From the NCBI GenBank assembly GCA_029265315.1, contig JAJUJM010000007.1, forward strand, positions 27,270 through 91,269: a DNA stretch of 64,000 nt, read 5' to 3'. Shown piece by piece: positions 21,551 through 31,763 of this stretch; the first letter of the stretch is position 1; the number at the start of each line of letters is the position of its first letter. Source of the stretch: Actinomycetota bacterium. GTDB lineage: Bacteria; Actinomycetota; Coriobacteriia; Anaerosomatales; PHET01. A program made the translations under genes and the position numbers. The notes beneath the pieces were generated by a model. It was not told the origin of the DNA, ran no database searches, and worked only from the letters and a program-made list of their open reading frames with translations.

Positions 21551-22525
21551 CTACTTCGAAGTGGTTTCCTGCGAGGCGCCCTTGGCGGCCTGCAGTTCCT
21601 TCACGAAGATCTCGATCTTGGCCTTCTTCTTCAGTTCGTCGAGGAACTTCTGATACGCGTCAGCGCGGCGCTGCTGGATGAGGATCTGCTCGATCTGGTC
21701 CTTGACGTCCTCGAACTTCTGCTGGGTGGCCTTGCGCACGTCGGTCACGCGGATGATGTGCCACCCGTACGGCGTCTTGACGAGACCCGAGGTCTGGCCT
21801 TTGGCGAGCTTGTCGAGCGCAGCCTCGAACTCCGGCACGTATGGCGTCGTGGGCCAACCCAGGTCGCCGCCGTTCGAGGCGGTCGCCGTGTCGACGGAGT
21901 ACTCCTTGGCAAGCGCTGCGAAGTCGCCGCCGTTCCTGACTTGCGCCAGCACCTTCTCGGCGGTCTTCTTGTCCTCAGGCTTGAACAGGATGTGCGAGGC
22001 GCGCTTGGCGGCCTGCTGTTCGAACTGCGACTTGTTCTTGTCGTAGTACGCCTTCATCTCCTGCTCGGAGATCTTGATGTCTGACGCGAGCGACTCGATG
22101 AGCTTCTGCGTGAGGAGCTGGTCGCGGATCTGCTGACGCAGCGTCTCCTCGGTCATGCCGGCGCTCTTGAGCGCGGACTGGAACTGCTCCTCGTCCTGGA
22201 AACCTGACTTCAGCTGCTGGATCTGCTTGTCGATGTCGCCCTCGGCGATCTTGATGCCTTTGTCCTCGGCCGCCTGCTCGACGAGCTTCTGGTTGATCAT
22301 GTTGTCGAGAAGACGCTGCTTGAAGTCGAGCAGACGGCCCTCGCCGTCGGCCCCGTTGAACATGTCAGGGTACTGCTTCTTGAGCTGTGCGACCTGCTTG
22401 TCGAGTTCCGACAGCGGGATCTTCTCGCCGTTGACCTTGGCTGCGGTGTCCTTGTCCGTGCACCCAGCACCGGCGAGGAGTGCGAGGGCGAGGGCCAGAA
22501 CCAGTGCGATGCGAAGCGGTTTCAT
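21551..22525 (-). CDS. prsA: PrsA/SurA-type peptidylprolyl isomerase lipoprotein
   Basis: Lipobox AGC, AKVNGEKI, ASHIL, FAALAKEYS, GGDLGW, GWHII. Confidence 0.9.
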   Translation of the reverse strand: MKPLRIALVLALALALLAGAGCTDKDTAAKVNGEKIPLSELDKQVAQLKKQYPDMFNGADGEGRLLDFKQRLLDNMINQKLVEQAAEDKGIKIAEGDIDKQIQQLKSGFQDEEQFQSALKSAGMTEETLRQQIRDQLLTQKLIESLASDIKISEQEMKAYYDKNKSQFEQQAAKRASHILFKPEDKKTAEKVLAQVRNGGDFAALAKEYSVDTATASNGGDLGWPTTPYVPEFEAALDKLAKGQTSGLVKTPYGWHIIRVTDVRKATQQKFEDVKDQIEQILIQQRRADAYQKFLDELKKKAKIEIFVKELQAAKGASQETTSK

Positions 22526-22531
22526 CCGGAT

Positions 22532-25500
22532 TCATTCCTCCCGAGAACTGGGTTCGGACGTCGCCGAGTATATAGCACCGAGCGCTCCAAGGGCCGCCGC
22601 TGTCACAGACTCTCCATAGCCGACCGGCAAGGTGACTTGGCGCTTGCGATCGAGGAACACGGCGCCGAGCGCGGCCAAGCGACCTCTCGCCTCGTCATCC
22701 AGGTCGACCGGCGACAGAATCAGACGGTTTCTGACGAGCGAGATGTTCGTGACTCCCGCATCGGCCGCGAGCGCCTTGATACGCGCGATGTCGACGAGGT
22801 TGCGCGCGGTCTCGGGCAATGGCCCGAAAGCGTCGGTGAGCTCAGCCGCGACAGCGTCGACGGCTTCGATCGCAGGGGCGCCGGCCAATCGTCGGTAGAC
22901 ACGCACCCGTTCGTCGACATCCGGCAGGTACACCTCGGGGATGAAGGCCGGGACAGGCAGGTCGACCCGGATGTCCGGGTAGGCGACGACCGGCTCGCCG
23001 CGCGCCTCTGACACCGCCTCCATGAGCATCTGTGCGAAGAGGTCGAAGCCGACGGCCGACAGGTTGCCGTGCTGTTCGGCGCCGATGAGCGAGCCGGCAC
23101 CCCGGATCTCGAGGTCGCGCATGGCTATCTTGATGCCGCTGCCGAGGTCGTCGTGCTCTCGGATCGCGGTGAGCCGCTCGATCGCGGACTCCGTGAGCGC
23201 GCTCTCACGAGGGAACAGGAAGTACGCGTACGCCTTCACGTGGCTGCGGCCGACGCGCCCTTTCAGCTGGTAGAGCTGCGCCAGGCCGAGGCGCTGCGAG
23301 TCCTCGATGATGAGCGTGTTGCTGTGTGGGTTGTCGATGCCCGACTCGATGATGGTCGTAGCGACGAGCACATCGGCCTCGTTCGCCGCGAACTGCTCCA
23401 TGACCGACTCAAGTTGCTTCTCCGACATCTGTCCGTGCGCGACCGCGATGCGCGCCTCGGGCGCTGCCGCACGCACCCGCTCGACCGCGTCGTCGATCGT
23501 GCGCACACGGTTGGACACGTAGTACACCTGCCCGCCGCGCTCGAGCTCGCGCCGGATCGCCCCGGAGACGACGTCCTCGTCCCACTCGCCCACGTGCACC
23601 GTCACAGGGAAGCGGTTGGGCGGCGGAGTGTCGATGACGCTCATGTCGCGCACACCCGACAGCGACATCTGCAGCGTGCGCGGAATGGGCGTGGCACTCA
23701 TCGCGAGGACGTCGACCTGCTCGCGCAGGTTCGTGAGGTGCTCCTTGTGCTCGACGCCGAAGCGCTGCTCTTCGTCGATGATGACAAGGCCGAGGTCTTT
23801 GGGCTCGACGTCACGCGAGAGCAGACGGTGGGTGCCCACGAGCACGTTCACCGACCCGTTCGCAAACCCCTCGAGCGCCGCCTTCTGCTGCGCATCGGTC
23901 CTGAACCGGCTCAGGACCTCGACCGTCAGGCCGAACGGTGCGAACCGCTCGCTGAAGTTCGTGTAGTGCTGTTGAGCGAGGATCGTCGTGGGACAGAGCA
24001 CCATGACCTGCTTGCCGTCCTGCGCCGCTTTGAACGCCGCGCGAATGGCGACCTCGGTCTTGCCGTACCCCACGTCGCCGCAGATGAGGCGGTCCATGGG
24101 CTTGTCGGACTCCATGTCGCTCTTCACGTCGGCGATGGCCGCGAGCTGGTCGGGCGTCTCGACGTAGGGGAACATCGCCTCCATCTCGAGCTGCCAAGGG
24201 GTGTCGGGTCCGTACGCATGGCCGGTCACCGTGGAGCGGCGTGCGTACAGGTCGACGAGGTCGAAAGCGAGCTGGCGGACCGCCTTGCGTGCCTTGCCGG
24301 TGGCCCGGCTCCAATCGGCGGTGTTGAGCCGCGTGACACGAGGGGCCGCCCCATCGGGGCCCACGTACTTCGTGACGCGGTCGATCTGCTCGACCGGCAC
24401 GAAGAGCTTGTCCCCCTTCGCGTACTCCAGCAACAGGTAGTCGCGCTCGGCGCCCAGCACCTCCTGACGGACGACTTCACGGAACAGCGCGATGCCGTGC
24501 GTCGCGTGTACGACGTGGTCCCCGGGGGCGAACGCGAACGTGACCTTCGTCGGATCGATCTCCCGCCTTCGCCGTCTCACCATCGAGCGAGGGTGGACGT
24601 CATCGATGCTCACCACCGCCACGTGCGCTTCAGGGATGACGAGACCCGCAGGGACATCCACATCGGAGAGCAGGACCGCGCGCGACGTCAACGCCGGAGG
24701 CGAGATGCCGCCACCCTCGCCTTCACCCGCTGCCTCGCCGCTCCGATGCGCGACGGCACCCGCCGCATGGTCGCCCGCCGTATGGTCGCGCTCCTCAGTC
24801 ACCGGTACCCCGGCGTCGACGAGCGAGTCTCCGATACGGCGGCGCGTGCGCCGATCAGGCACCGCGACGACAACGCGGTTGCCCGCCGCCATGAGCGAGC
24901 GGATCCCGCCGATGAAGCGTTCCTCGCCTCCCGAGACCTCAGGACGCCGCGCCACGAGCTCGGCGTCGACGCCACCACCGACTCTAAGAAGCGAAAGCAG
25001 CGTCAACCGCTGGCGCTCGCCGAAATCGAGCTGGGCAGGCGATAGGTAGAGACCTTCCAGGGCGGCCTTGTGCGGCACGGTCGAGCGGAAACCCGCCGCC
25101 TTGGCCGCGGACTCGAGCTCCTCACGGCGGCGCACGGTGTCATCGAACAGAGAGCGCGGCTCAGCGACCACGACGAGCGTCTGAGCGCCCAGGTACTCGG
25201 TGGGCGATGCGGTGCGCTTGTAGAGCAGGGGAAGGTAACGCTCCACGCCGGTGAAGTGCACCCCTTCCGCGAGCAGCTCGAGCTCACGCGCGATCCCGGG
25301 GTCCTTCAGGACCCGCTCGCGTAAGACCGCTGCGGCCGCCTCCGCCCCGCGCTTGGACAGGGCGAGCTCGCGGCACGGGTAGACCTCGACCGTGCCTGCG
25401 TCGCCGATCGCTTGACCGGTCCCTGCGACGTAGCGCCTGACCGATTCGACCTCGTCACCGAACAGCTCCACGCGGACCGGCTGCCTGGTCCCCGCCCCGA

Positions 25501-26050
25501 AGACATCGAGTGTGCCCCCGCGCACGGCGAACAACCCCGGGGCATCAGCGGCGTCCACACGCTCGTACCCCATCCGGACGAGTGCGTCGGTCGCCGCCGT
25601 CAGATCGAGCTCGCCGCCAGGCACGATCGTGAAGGGCTCGAAGACCCCGCTTCCCTGCGGAGGCACCGTGCGCAGAAGCGACCGAGCGGCCGCCACCACA
25701 ACCACCGGGCGGCCCTTGTCGAGCGCGTGGAGCGCGCGGGCGCGGGCGCCGACCTCTTCGTGGTCCGGCACCGCTCCTGACCACGGCGTGTCAGAACGGT
25801 CCGGGAAGAGCATCACCCGTTCACGACCGAGGAATGCCGCGGTCTGGCGGGCGAAACGCTCAGCCGTCTCAGTGCCTGCGACGACCACGAACATCGGTCG
25901 AGGCGCCCTCGCGAACACCGATGCGACGAACATCGGTCGCACGAGACCGGGCACAGCGAGCGTCGCATCAACCCCATCGTCCAACCGCTCGATGATCCTC
26001 CTGGCAGCGGCCGACCCGGCCAAGGCATCTGACAGATGGTCGATGAGCAT
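22532..26050 (-). CDS. mfd: transcription-repair coupling factor
   Basis: CarD-like domain, DRLICGDVGYGKTE, IIDEEQRFG, SATPIPRT, QLKGRVGR, TRCF C-terminus. Confidence 0.97.
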   Translation of the reverse strand: MLIDHLSDALAGSAAARRIIERLDDGVDATLAVPGLVRPMFVASVFARAPRPMFVVVAGTETAERFARQTAAFLGRERVMLFPDRSDTPWSGAVPDHEEVGARARALHALDKGRPVVVVAAARSLLRTVPPQGSGVFEPFTIVPGGELDLTAATDALVRMGYERVDAADAPGLFAVRGGTLDVFGAGTRQPVRVELFGDEVESVRRYVAGTGQAIGDAGTVEVYPCRELALSKRGAEAAAAVLRERVLKDPGIARELELLAEGVHFTGVERYLPLLYKRTASPTEYLGAQTLVVVAEPRSLFDDTVRRREELESAAKAAGFRSTVPHKAALEGLYLSPAQLDFGERQRLTLLSLLRVGGGVDAELVARRPEVSGGEERFIGGIRSLMAAGNRVVVAVPDRRTRRRIGDSLVDAGVPVTEERDHTAGDHAAGAVAHRSGEAAGEGEGGGISPPALTSRAVLLSDVDVPAGLVIPEAHVAVVSIDDVHPRSMVRRRRREIDPTKVTFAFAPGDHVVHATHGIALFREVVRQEVLGAERDYLLLEYAKGDKLFVPVEQIDRVTKYVGPDGAAPRVTRLNTADWSRATGKARKAVRQLAFDLVDLYARRSTVTGHAYGPDTPWQLEMEAMFPYVETPDQLAAIADVKSDMESDKPMDRLICGDVGYGKTEVAIRAAFKAAQDGKQVMVLCPTTILAQQHYTNFSERFAPFGLTVEVLSRFRTDAQQKAALEGFANGSVNVLVGTHRLLSRDVEPKDLGLVIIDEEQRFGVEHKEHLTNLREQVDVLAMSATPIPRTLQMSLSGVRDMSVIDTPPPNRFPVTVHVGEWDEDVVSGAIRRELERGGQVYYVSNRVRTIDDAVERVRAAAPEARIAVAHGQMSEKQLESVMEQFAANEADVLVATTIIESGIDNPHSNTLIIEDSQRLGLAQLYQLKGRVGRSHVKAYAYFLFPRESALTESAIERLTAIREHDDLGSGIKIAMRDLEIRGAGSLIGAEQHGNLSAVGFDLFAQMLMEAVSEARGEPVVAYPDIRVDLPVPAFIPEVYLPDVDERVRVYRRLAGAPAIEAVDAVAAELTDAFGPLPETARNLVDIARIKALAADAGVTNISLVRNRLILSPVDLDDEARGRLAALGAVFLDRKRQVTLPVGYGESVTAAALGALGAIYSATSEPSSREE

Positions 26051-26247
26051 GCGAGAGGCACTCCGAATCACTTGCGGACAGCACGAAAGCCCACGAACAT
26101 CACGGTACGCGGAGCGCGATTCGTGCGTTGGCGGGGACGGTCAGAGTATTTCCGCGCGAAGCAGTGGTCAAGCGCAAGCCCTGTGGCGCCACCGCCGCGA
26201 AGGCCGTGAGTCACGAAGGCGGATGGGTATGCTCGAGCAGCGTGTGG

Positions 26248-26416
26248 CGACGCGCAGAACGAGACAGATACCAGGCGCAGGCCGACTACGACTCGAACGA
26301 GCGCGCTGAGCAACAAGATCGAGGACCTTCAAGACCGGCTGCAACGGATCGAGGAGACGCTGCAACGCATCGACTCCTCTGTTTCGGACCCGAATCAAGC
26401 GACCCGGATTAGCTGA
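26248..26416 (+). pseudogene. frameshifted C-terminal remnant of a DUF1003-like gene
   Basis: RRAERDRYQAQADYDSNERAEQ, then a one-base shift to IEDLQDRLQRIEETLQRID; TM N-terminus absent. Confidence 0.5.
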
Positions 26417-26494
26417 GGATTTCCGACGCGATCGCATTCCAGGCACAACGCCGGACCTCGCGCGGGCACACCGAAGGGCCATGATGCGGAGACT

Positions 26495-27187
26495 CTACCG
26501 CACGACGAGCTCGAAGCGCCCCTGAAGCGCCGCTACGAACGCCCGCCCCTCATCGCTCGCGTCGAAGTCGCGTCCGGCCGCCAGCCCCTGTCGCACACCG
26601 TCGGGCCTATACCGCTGCAGCACCCAACGGTGCACGCCTTGGGACTCGAGCTCGTCGGCCATACGCGCGAGGTCATCAAGTGAGAGCAGGTCCGGATGCA
26701 CCGTCGTACGGCACTCGAAATCAACACCACTCGCGACGAGCGTGCGCAGCGACTCGCGCGCTCGCCGGCCTGAACCCGCGACACGCGTGACACGCTCGTA
26801 CTCGTCTGACGGAGCCTTCACGTCGAAGCCGACCCAGTCCACAAGCGGAAGCACCTCCGCTAGACGCCCCGGCAGTGGACCAGCCGTGTGGAGCCCCACG
26901 GCGAAGCCCACATCCCGCACGTCCCGCAAGGCATATCGCAGCGCCGCCTGCGCCGTAGGTTCTCCGCCGGTGAAGACGACGCCGTCGAGCAGCCCGACAC
27001 GCGAGCGAAGGAACTCGAGCACCTCCGGCCACGAGGGCGCATCGTCATCTCCCTCAGCATCCGCGCGCAGCAGGTGCGGGTTATGACAATAGAGGCAGTC
27101 CCACGGGCAGCCGCGCAGAAACACCGTGGCGACCAACTGGTCCGGCCAGTCGACCGTGGAAAGCGGCACGAAGCCGCCAAGGCGCAC
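26495..27187 (-). CDS. nrdG: anaerobic ribonucleoside-triphosphate reductase activating protein
   Basis: LSTVDWP, radical SAM motif CPWDCLYCHNP, VFTGGEPT. Confidence 0.95.
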   Translation of the reverse strand: MRLGGFVPLSTVDWPDQLVATVFLRGCPWDCLYCHNPHLLRADAEGDDDAPSWPEVLEFLRSRVGLLDGVVFTGGEPTAQAALRYALRDVRDVGFAVGLHTAGPLPGRLAEVLPLVDWVGFDVKAPSDEYERVTRVAGSGRRARESLRTLVASGVDFECRTTVHPDLLSLDDLARMADELESQGVHRWVLQRYRPDGVRQGLAAGRDFDASDEGRAFVAALQGRFELVVR

Positions 27188-27188
27188 G

Positions 27189-27389
27189 CTAGTTGGGCAG
27201 CTCACCGGTCTCGGTGAAGCAGACGCGCTCCTCATACTCACCCTGCTTGCCCTTGTTGAAAGACGTGACCGGTCGGTGGTAGCCCATGACGCGCGTCCAG
27301 ACCTCGCAGGGCTGGCGCTCCTCGTCGGTGAGTGTGATCTCGAGCAGCTCTGCGGGCGTGAGTGTGGTCTTCTCGGCGGCCATCGGCAT
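27189..27389 (-). CDS. glycyl-radical domain of split NrdD
   Basis: CEVWTRVMGYHRPV...FNKGKQGEYEER; own RBS (GGAAGGGG). Confidence 0.9.
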   Translation of the reverse strand: MPMAAEKTTLTPAELLEITLTDEERQPCEVWTRVMGYHRPVTSFNKGKQGEYEERVCFTETGELPN

Positions 27390-27404
27390 CAGTCCCCTTC
27401 CGTA

Positions 27405-29432
27405 TCAGGCGCAGCAGGCTTCCGCCTGCTTTTTCGCGATCGCTTCGGCGTCGCATTTCGGGCAGTACCGGTGCTCGCCGTCCAGGTACCCGTGCGTCGG
27501 GCAGATGGAGAACGTCGGCGAGACGGTGATGTAGGGCAAGCGGAATCCTTCGAGTGAGCGGCGCACGAGCTTCTTGCACGCCTCGACCGAGCTCACTCGC
27601 TCGCCAAGGTAGAGGTGCAGCACGGTGCCGCCCGTGTACTTGCACTGCAGGGGCTCCTGGCGCCTGAGCGCCTCGAACGGATCGGAGGTGAAGCCCACGG
27701 GCAGCTGGCTCGAGTTCGTGTAGTACGGCTTGTCCGGAGGGCCCGCCTGCAGGATCGCATCGCCGAAACGCTTCTTGTCCTCGCGCGCGAAACGGTACGT
27801 CGTGCCCTCGGCGGGCGTGGCTTCGAGGTTGTACAGGTGCCCCGTCTGCTCCTGGAACTCGGTGATGCGAGCACGCAGGTGGTCGAGGAAGCGCAGCGCC
27901 ATCTCCTCGCCTACCGGGGTGGTGATGTCGTCGGTGTCGCCGGTGAAGTTGCGGATCATCTCGTTGATGCCGTTGACGCCGATCGTCGAGAAGTGGTTGC
28001 GCAGCGTGCCCAGGTAGCGCTTCGTGTACGGGAACAGCCCGTTGTCGATGTGCTGTTGGATGACCTTGCGCTTGAGCTCGAGGGAGGTGCGCGCGTGCTC
28101 GAGCAGCGTGTCGAGTGCGGCGAGAAGGGCGCGCTCGTCGCCGGTGTACAGATAGCCCAACCGCGCGCAGTTGATTGTCACGACCCCCAGTGACCCCGTC
28201 TGCTCGGCGCTGCCGAACAGACCGTTGCCGCGCTTGAGCAGCTCAGAGAGGTCCAGCTGCAGCCGGCAGCACATCGAGCGAACCATGTTCGGCTTGAGCT
28301 CGGAGTTCACGAAGTTCTGGAAGTAGGGCAGGCCGTACTTCGCCGTCATCGCGAACAGCAGGTCCGCGTTCTCGCTCTCCCATGGGAAGTCAGGTGTGAT
28401 GTTGTAGGTGGGGATCGGGAAGGTGAACACACGGCCCTTGGCGTCGCCCTCGGTCATGACCTCGATGTAGGCGCGGTTGATCATGTCCATCTCGCGCTGC
28501 AGCTCGCCGTAGGTGAAGTCGCAAACCTCACCGCCGATGATGGGGTACTCGCCTTTGAGGTCGTCCGGACACGTCCAGTCGAACGTGAGGTTCGTGAACG
28601 GCGTCTGCGTGCCCCAGCGCGACGGCACGTTCAGGTTGTAGACGAGCTCCTGGATGGACTGACGCACCTCGTCGTACGAGAGGTCATCCAAGCGGACGAA
28701 CGGCGCGAGGTAGGTGTCGAACGAGCTGAACGCCTGTGCGCCCGCCCACTCGTTCTGCAGCGTGCCGAGGAAGTTGACGATCTGGCCGACCGCGCTCGAC
28801 AGATGCTTCGGCGGTGCCGACTCCACCTTTCCGGGCACGCCGTTCAGGCCCTCGGTCAGCAGGGTGCGAAGCGACCAACCCGCGCAGTAGCCGGCGAGCA
28901 TGTCGAGGTCGTGGATGTGGATGTCGCCCTCGCGGTGAGCTCGCCCGACCTCGGGCGGGTACACGTGGGAGAGCCAGTAGTTCGCGATCACCTTGCCAGA
29001 CACATTCAGGATGAGGCCACCGAGCGAGTAGCCCTGGTTCGCGTTCGCGTTGACGCGCCAGTCCGCGCGATCGAGGTACTCGTTCACCGACGAGGAGACC
29101 TCGATGACGGTCTTCTTGTCCTCGCGCAGCCGAGCGCGCTGCTCTCGGTAGACGATGTAGGCACGCGCGGTGGCGAAGTGGTTCGCGCTGATCAAGACCT
29201 GCTCGACGACGTCTTGGATCTGCTCGATGTCCGGGTCGGAATCGGCGAAGCGATGCCGCAGCACCTTGACGGCCTGCGCTGCCAGCAGGAGCGCCTCGTT
29301 CGCGTCGAACTCGCCGGTGGCTATACCGGCGCGCTCGATGGCCGAACGGATCTTCTCGGCATCGAACGCGACGCGCTCGCCTTCGCGCTTGATGACGCCA
29401 GCGGGCACCGATCGACTGACTCCCTCGGCCAC
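27405..29432 (-). CDS. nrdD: class III ribonucleotide reductase large part (ATP cone, catalytic core, Zn site; no glycyl-radical loop)
   Basis: VIKREG ATP cone, IHIHDL, GYCAGWS, SMCCRL finger loop, EATPAE, CPTHG...CPKC. Confidence 0.96.
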   Translation of the reverse strand: MAEGVSRSVPAGVIKREGERVAFDAEKIRSAIERAGIATGEFDANEALLLAAQAVKVLRHRFADSDPDIEQIQDVVEQVLISANHFATARAYIVYREQRARLREDKKTVIEVSSSVNEYLDRADWRVNANANQGYSLGGLILNVSGKVIANYWLSHVYPPEVGRAHREGDIHIHDLDMLAGYCAGWSLRTLLTEGLNGVPGKVESAPPKHLSSAVGQIVNFLGTLQNEWAGAQAFSSFDTYLAPFVRLDDLSYDEVRQSIQELVYNLNVPSRWGTQTPFTNLTFDWTCPDDLKGEYPIIGGEVCDFTYGELQREMDMINRAYIEVMTEGDAKGRVFTFPIPTYNITPDFPWESENADLLFAMTAKYGLPYFQNFVNSELKPNMVRSMCCRLQLDLSELLKRGNGLFGSAEQTGSLGVVTINCARLGYLYTGDERALLAALDTLLEHARTSLELKRKVIQQHIDNGLFPYTKRYLGTLRNHFSTIGVNGINEMIRNFTGDTDDITTPVGEEMALRFLDHLRARITEFQEQTGHLYNLEATPAEGTTYRFAREDKKRFGDAILQAGPPDKPYYTNSSQLPVGFTSDPFEALRRQEPLQCKYTGGTVLHLYLGERVSSVEACKKLVRRSLEGFRLPYITVSPTFSICPTHGYLDGEHRYCPKCDAEAIAKKQAEACCA

Positions 29433-29460
29433 GACAACCCCTCTCTCGCTCTACGTTGAG

Positions 29461-29506
29461 CCCCCATATATTGTGGTGCGTGCAACATTACCACAACATC
29501 TGGTGG
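29461..29506. promoter_or_regulatory. tandem NrdR boxes
   Basis: CCCCATATATTGTGG (29462-29476) and CCACAACATCTGGTGG (29491-29506), about 30 bp apart, just upstream of nrdD. Confidence 0.85.
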
Positions 29507-29653
29507 GCTCGGAGCGGAATCGTGACGAACGGTGTCGCGGTTTGCGCTGAGCGGCGATCCCGTGTCCGATGAGCGGTAGAGCGGTCAAGTGTCGCCCTGG
29601 TCCGCGCGCCTGCTATCCTGCACGTGGCGAGGTCGTCACGGGGGGAGGCGAGG

Positions 29654-30289
29654 ATGGTTCGGGGATTGCGCGCGCTGGCTCTCGTGGTCGTGGCATCCGT
29701 GCTCGCGACACTCGCGTTCAACGCTGCCGCGAACACGGTGACCGTCCCCATCGACCGCGACTTCACAGGCGTCGACAGATTGCAGCTCAACGGCGGAACG
29801 CTCACGCTCAAGACCGGCCCGGCCAACCGGCTGACCGCCCGGGTCCCTCTGGCGACGTGGCTCCTCACGATGGTCCGCATCACTGACGGACACTTCGCCG
29901 AGATCGGCGGATTCGACGACGCCGATCCGCGGGTGCTGCTCGTCGGACTCCTCCCCGAGGACACCGTGCCCGCAGCGGTGGACAGCATCAAGTGGACGCT
30001 GGAGACCGACACACTCGAGACGGTGACGGTCGCCGGCGGAACGCTGGTGACGGACGGTTACAAGGCCGACCGGCTCATGGTCTTCGGCGTCGCCGGCGCC
30101 GCGCGACTCGAGGGCCTTGACCTGCGACTGTTGGCGGGCAACTTCCAAGAGGGTTCGTCATTGACGGCGAGCGGACGGGTCGAGGTCTTCTCTGCCCTTG
30201 AGACCGCCGGAGGCCTGATCGACACGCGTAGGCTCCGGATCGGCCGTCGTGACCCGGGTCCAGTCACCGACATCCTGAAGACCAAGTGA
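29654..30289 (+). CDS. exported protein, possibly DUF2807/GIN beta-solenoid
   Basis: Signal peptide; beta-rich; LETVTVAGG, SLTASGRV; GTGA-coupled to nth. Confidence 0.55.
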   Translation: MVRGLRALALVVVASVLATLAFNAAANTVTVPIDRDFTGVDRLQLNGGTLTLKTGPANRLTARVPLATWLLTMVRITDGHFAEIGGFDDADPRVLLVGLLPEDTVPAAVDSIKWTLETDTLETVTVAGGTLVTDGYKADRLMVFGVAGAARLEGLDLRLLAGNFQEGSSLTASGRVEVFSALETAGGLIDTRRLRIGRRDPGPVTDILKTK

Positions 30290-30984
30290 GCGCAGTGAAG
30301 CAGACCGCCGAACCGATCCCCGACCTGCCGCGTGAAGAGCGCGAGCGTCTCGCGCCGATATATGCCGAGCGTCTCGAAGCCGCATACGGCGACCCGCACG
30401 CCGCGCTCCACTTCGAGAACCCCTATCAGTTGCTCATCGCAGTCATCCTGAGCGCCCAGACCACTGACGCCGGCGTGAACAAGGCTACTCCGGCGTTGTT
30501 CGAACGGTACCCGACGCCCGCCGATCTCGCCGGAGCAGACCAGCTCGAGGTCGAGAGCCACATCAAGAGCCTCGGCTTCTACCATCAGAAGGCGCGAAAC
30601 ATCATCGCCGCCTGTCAGCGCATCGTGGGCGAGTTCGGCGGCGAGGTGCCGGACACGATGGAGGGACTCACCTCGCTGCCGGGGGTCGCACGCAAGACCG
30701 CCAACATCGTGTTGGGTGAGGCGTTCGGAAAAGTCGAAGGCATCGCGGTCGATACCCACGTCTTCCGGCTCGCGCACCGGTTCGGCCTTTCAACCGAGAA
30801 GGACACGGACAAGGTCGAACGGGACCTGATGTCGCTGTTCCCGAAGGAGCACTGGCACCGTGTCAACTACGACCTCATCAACCACGGCCGTGCGATCTGC
30901 ACCGCCAAGCGCCCCGCATGCGGCGCGTGTTTCCTGTCAGACATCTGTCCGTCGGCGTTCGTGCCGGCGGGTTGGCGGGAGTGA
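30286..30984 (+). CDS. nth: endonuclease III
   Basis: LIAVILSAQTTD, HhH LPGVARKTAN, VDTHVFR, C-x6-C-x2-C-x5-C Fe-S motif. Confidence 0.97.
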   Translation: MSAVKQTAEPIPDLPREERERLAPIYAERLEAAYGDPHAALHFENPYQLLIAVILSAQTTDAGVNKATPALFERYPTPADLAGADQLEVESHIKSLGFYHQKARNIIAACQRIVGEFGGEVPDTMEGLTSLPGVARKTANIVLGEAFGKVEGIAVDTHVFRLAHRFGLSTEKDTDKVERDLMSLFPKEHWHRVNYDLINHGRAICTAKRPACGACFLSDICPSAFVPAGWRE

Positions 30985-31020
30985 CCAGAGCGCGGAGCGT
31001 CACGACAGCTTGGCCCACTT

Positions 31021-31743
31021 CTACCGTACCTCCACCTTGCGCTCCTCGCGGACCTGGGCGCCCGCGAGCTTCGTGAGCGACCCGGTGTACTCGACGAGGT
31101 CGACCTGACAACCTTCACCGAGCGTCACGTCCTGCCCGCGCACGACCTTCGCCGTCGTGGCGATGAGCTCGAGGTGGTCGCCCTCGATGCTCTCTGCGGT
31201 GAGCCTCCGGTCGGTGAACGCCGAGAAGATCGCAGTGATCCCGTCCGGCACGCGCAAGACCATGCGCTCGCAGCCGATCTCGCGCGCTGAGTTGCGACCG
31301 TGGAGTCGCAGGTCGATGTCGCCTGCGTTCAACATGCCGTTTATGGCGAACCGCCCTTCGCCGGTGAGCGTCTCGGCCTCAAGGTCGCCGCCCACGCGTA
31401 GCTCACCGCGAAGCTCCACCTCGCGCGCGGCGACGCCGCCATCGACCCCACACGTCCCGGCGACTTTGAGCCGCCCGACCCCCAGACCCGCGTGCACATC
31501 CGCGGTGCCGTTCGCCCTGAACTCAACCGCTTGGACCGGCCCCTCGAAGGTCCCGGCTCCGTTCACCGTGACTTCATCGGCCTTCACCGCTCCCAGGCAT
31601 TTTCCGACGCCGTTCACGGTGAGCTCGTTGCACTGCACGTCGCCGGTGACGGTACCCGCTCCGTTGAGCACGATCGCCCCGTACGTCCCGGACGACACCG
31701 TGCCATCGCCGTTGATTCGCGCATCGTTGAGATTCTCTGCCAT
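31021..31743 (-). CDS. YhbE/YhbF-like polymer-forming (bactofilin-like) beta-helix protein
   Basis: Repeated V/I-N-G motifs, GMLNAGDIDL, ESIEGDHLEL, VRGQDVTLGEGCQVDLVEY. Confidence 0.8.
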   Translation of the reverse strand: MAENLNDARINGDGTVSSGTYGAIVLNGAGTVTGDVQCNELTVNGVGKCLGAVKADEVTVNGAGTFEGPVQAVEFRANGTADVHAGLGVGRLKVAGTCGVDGGVAAREVELRGELRVGGDLEAETLTGEGRFAINGMLNAGDIDLRLHGRNSAREIGCERMVLRVPDGITAIFSAFTDRRLTAESIEGDHLELIATTAKVVRGQDVTLGEGCQVDLVEYTGSLTKLAGAQVREERKVEVR

Positions 31744-31763
31744 CGCCTTCTCGCCTTCCCCGT

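Noticed and set aside
29433-29650. Cobalamin riboswitch upstream of nrdD
   Set aside because: No B12 box found; the region is explained by NrdR boxes and divergent promoters
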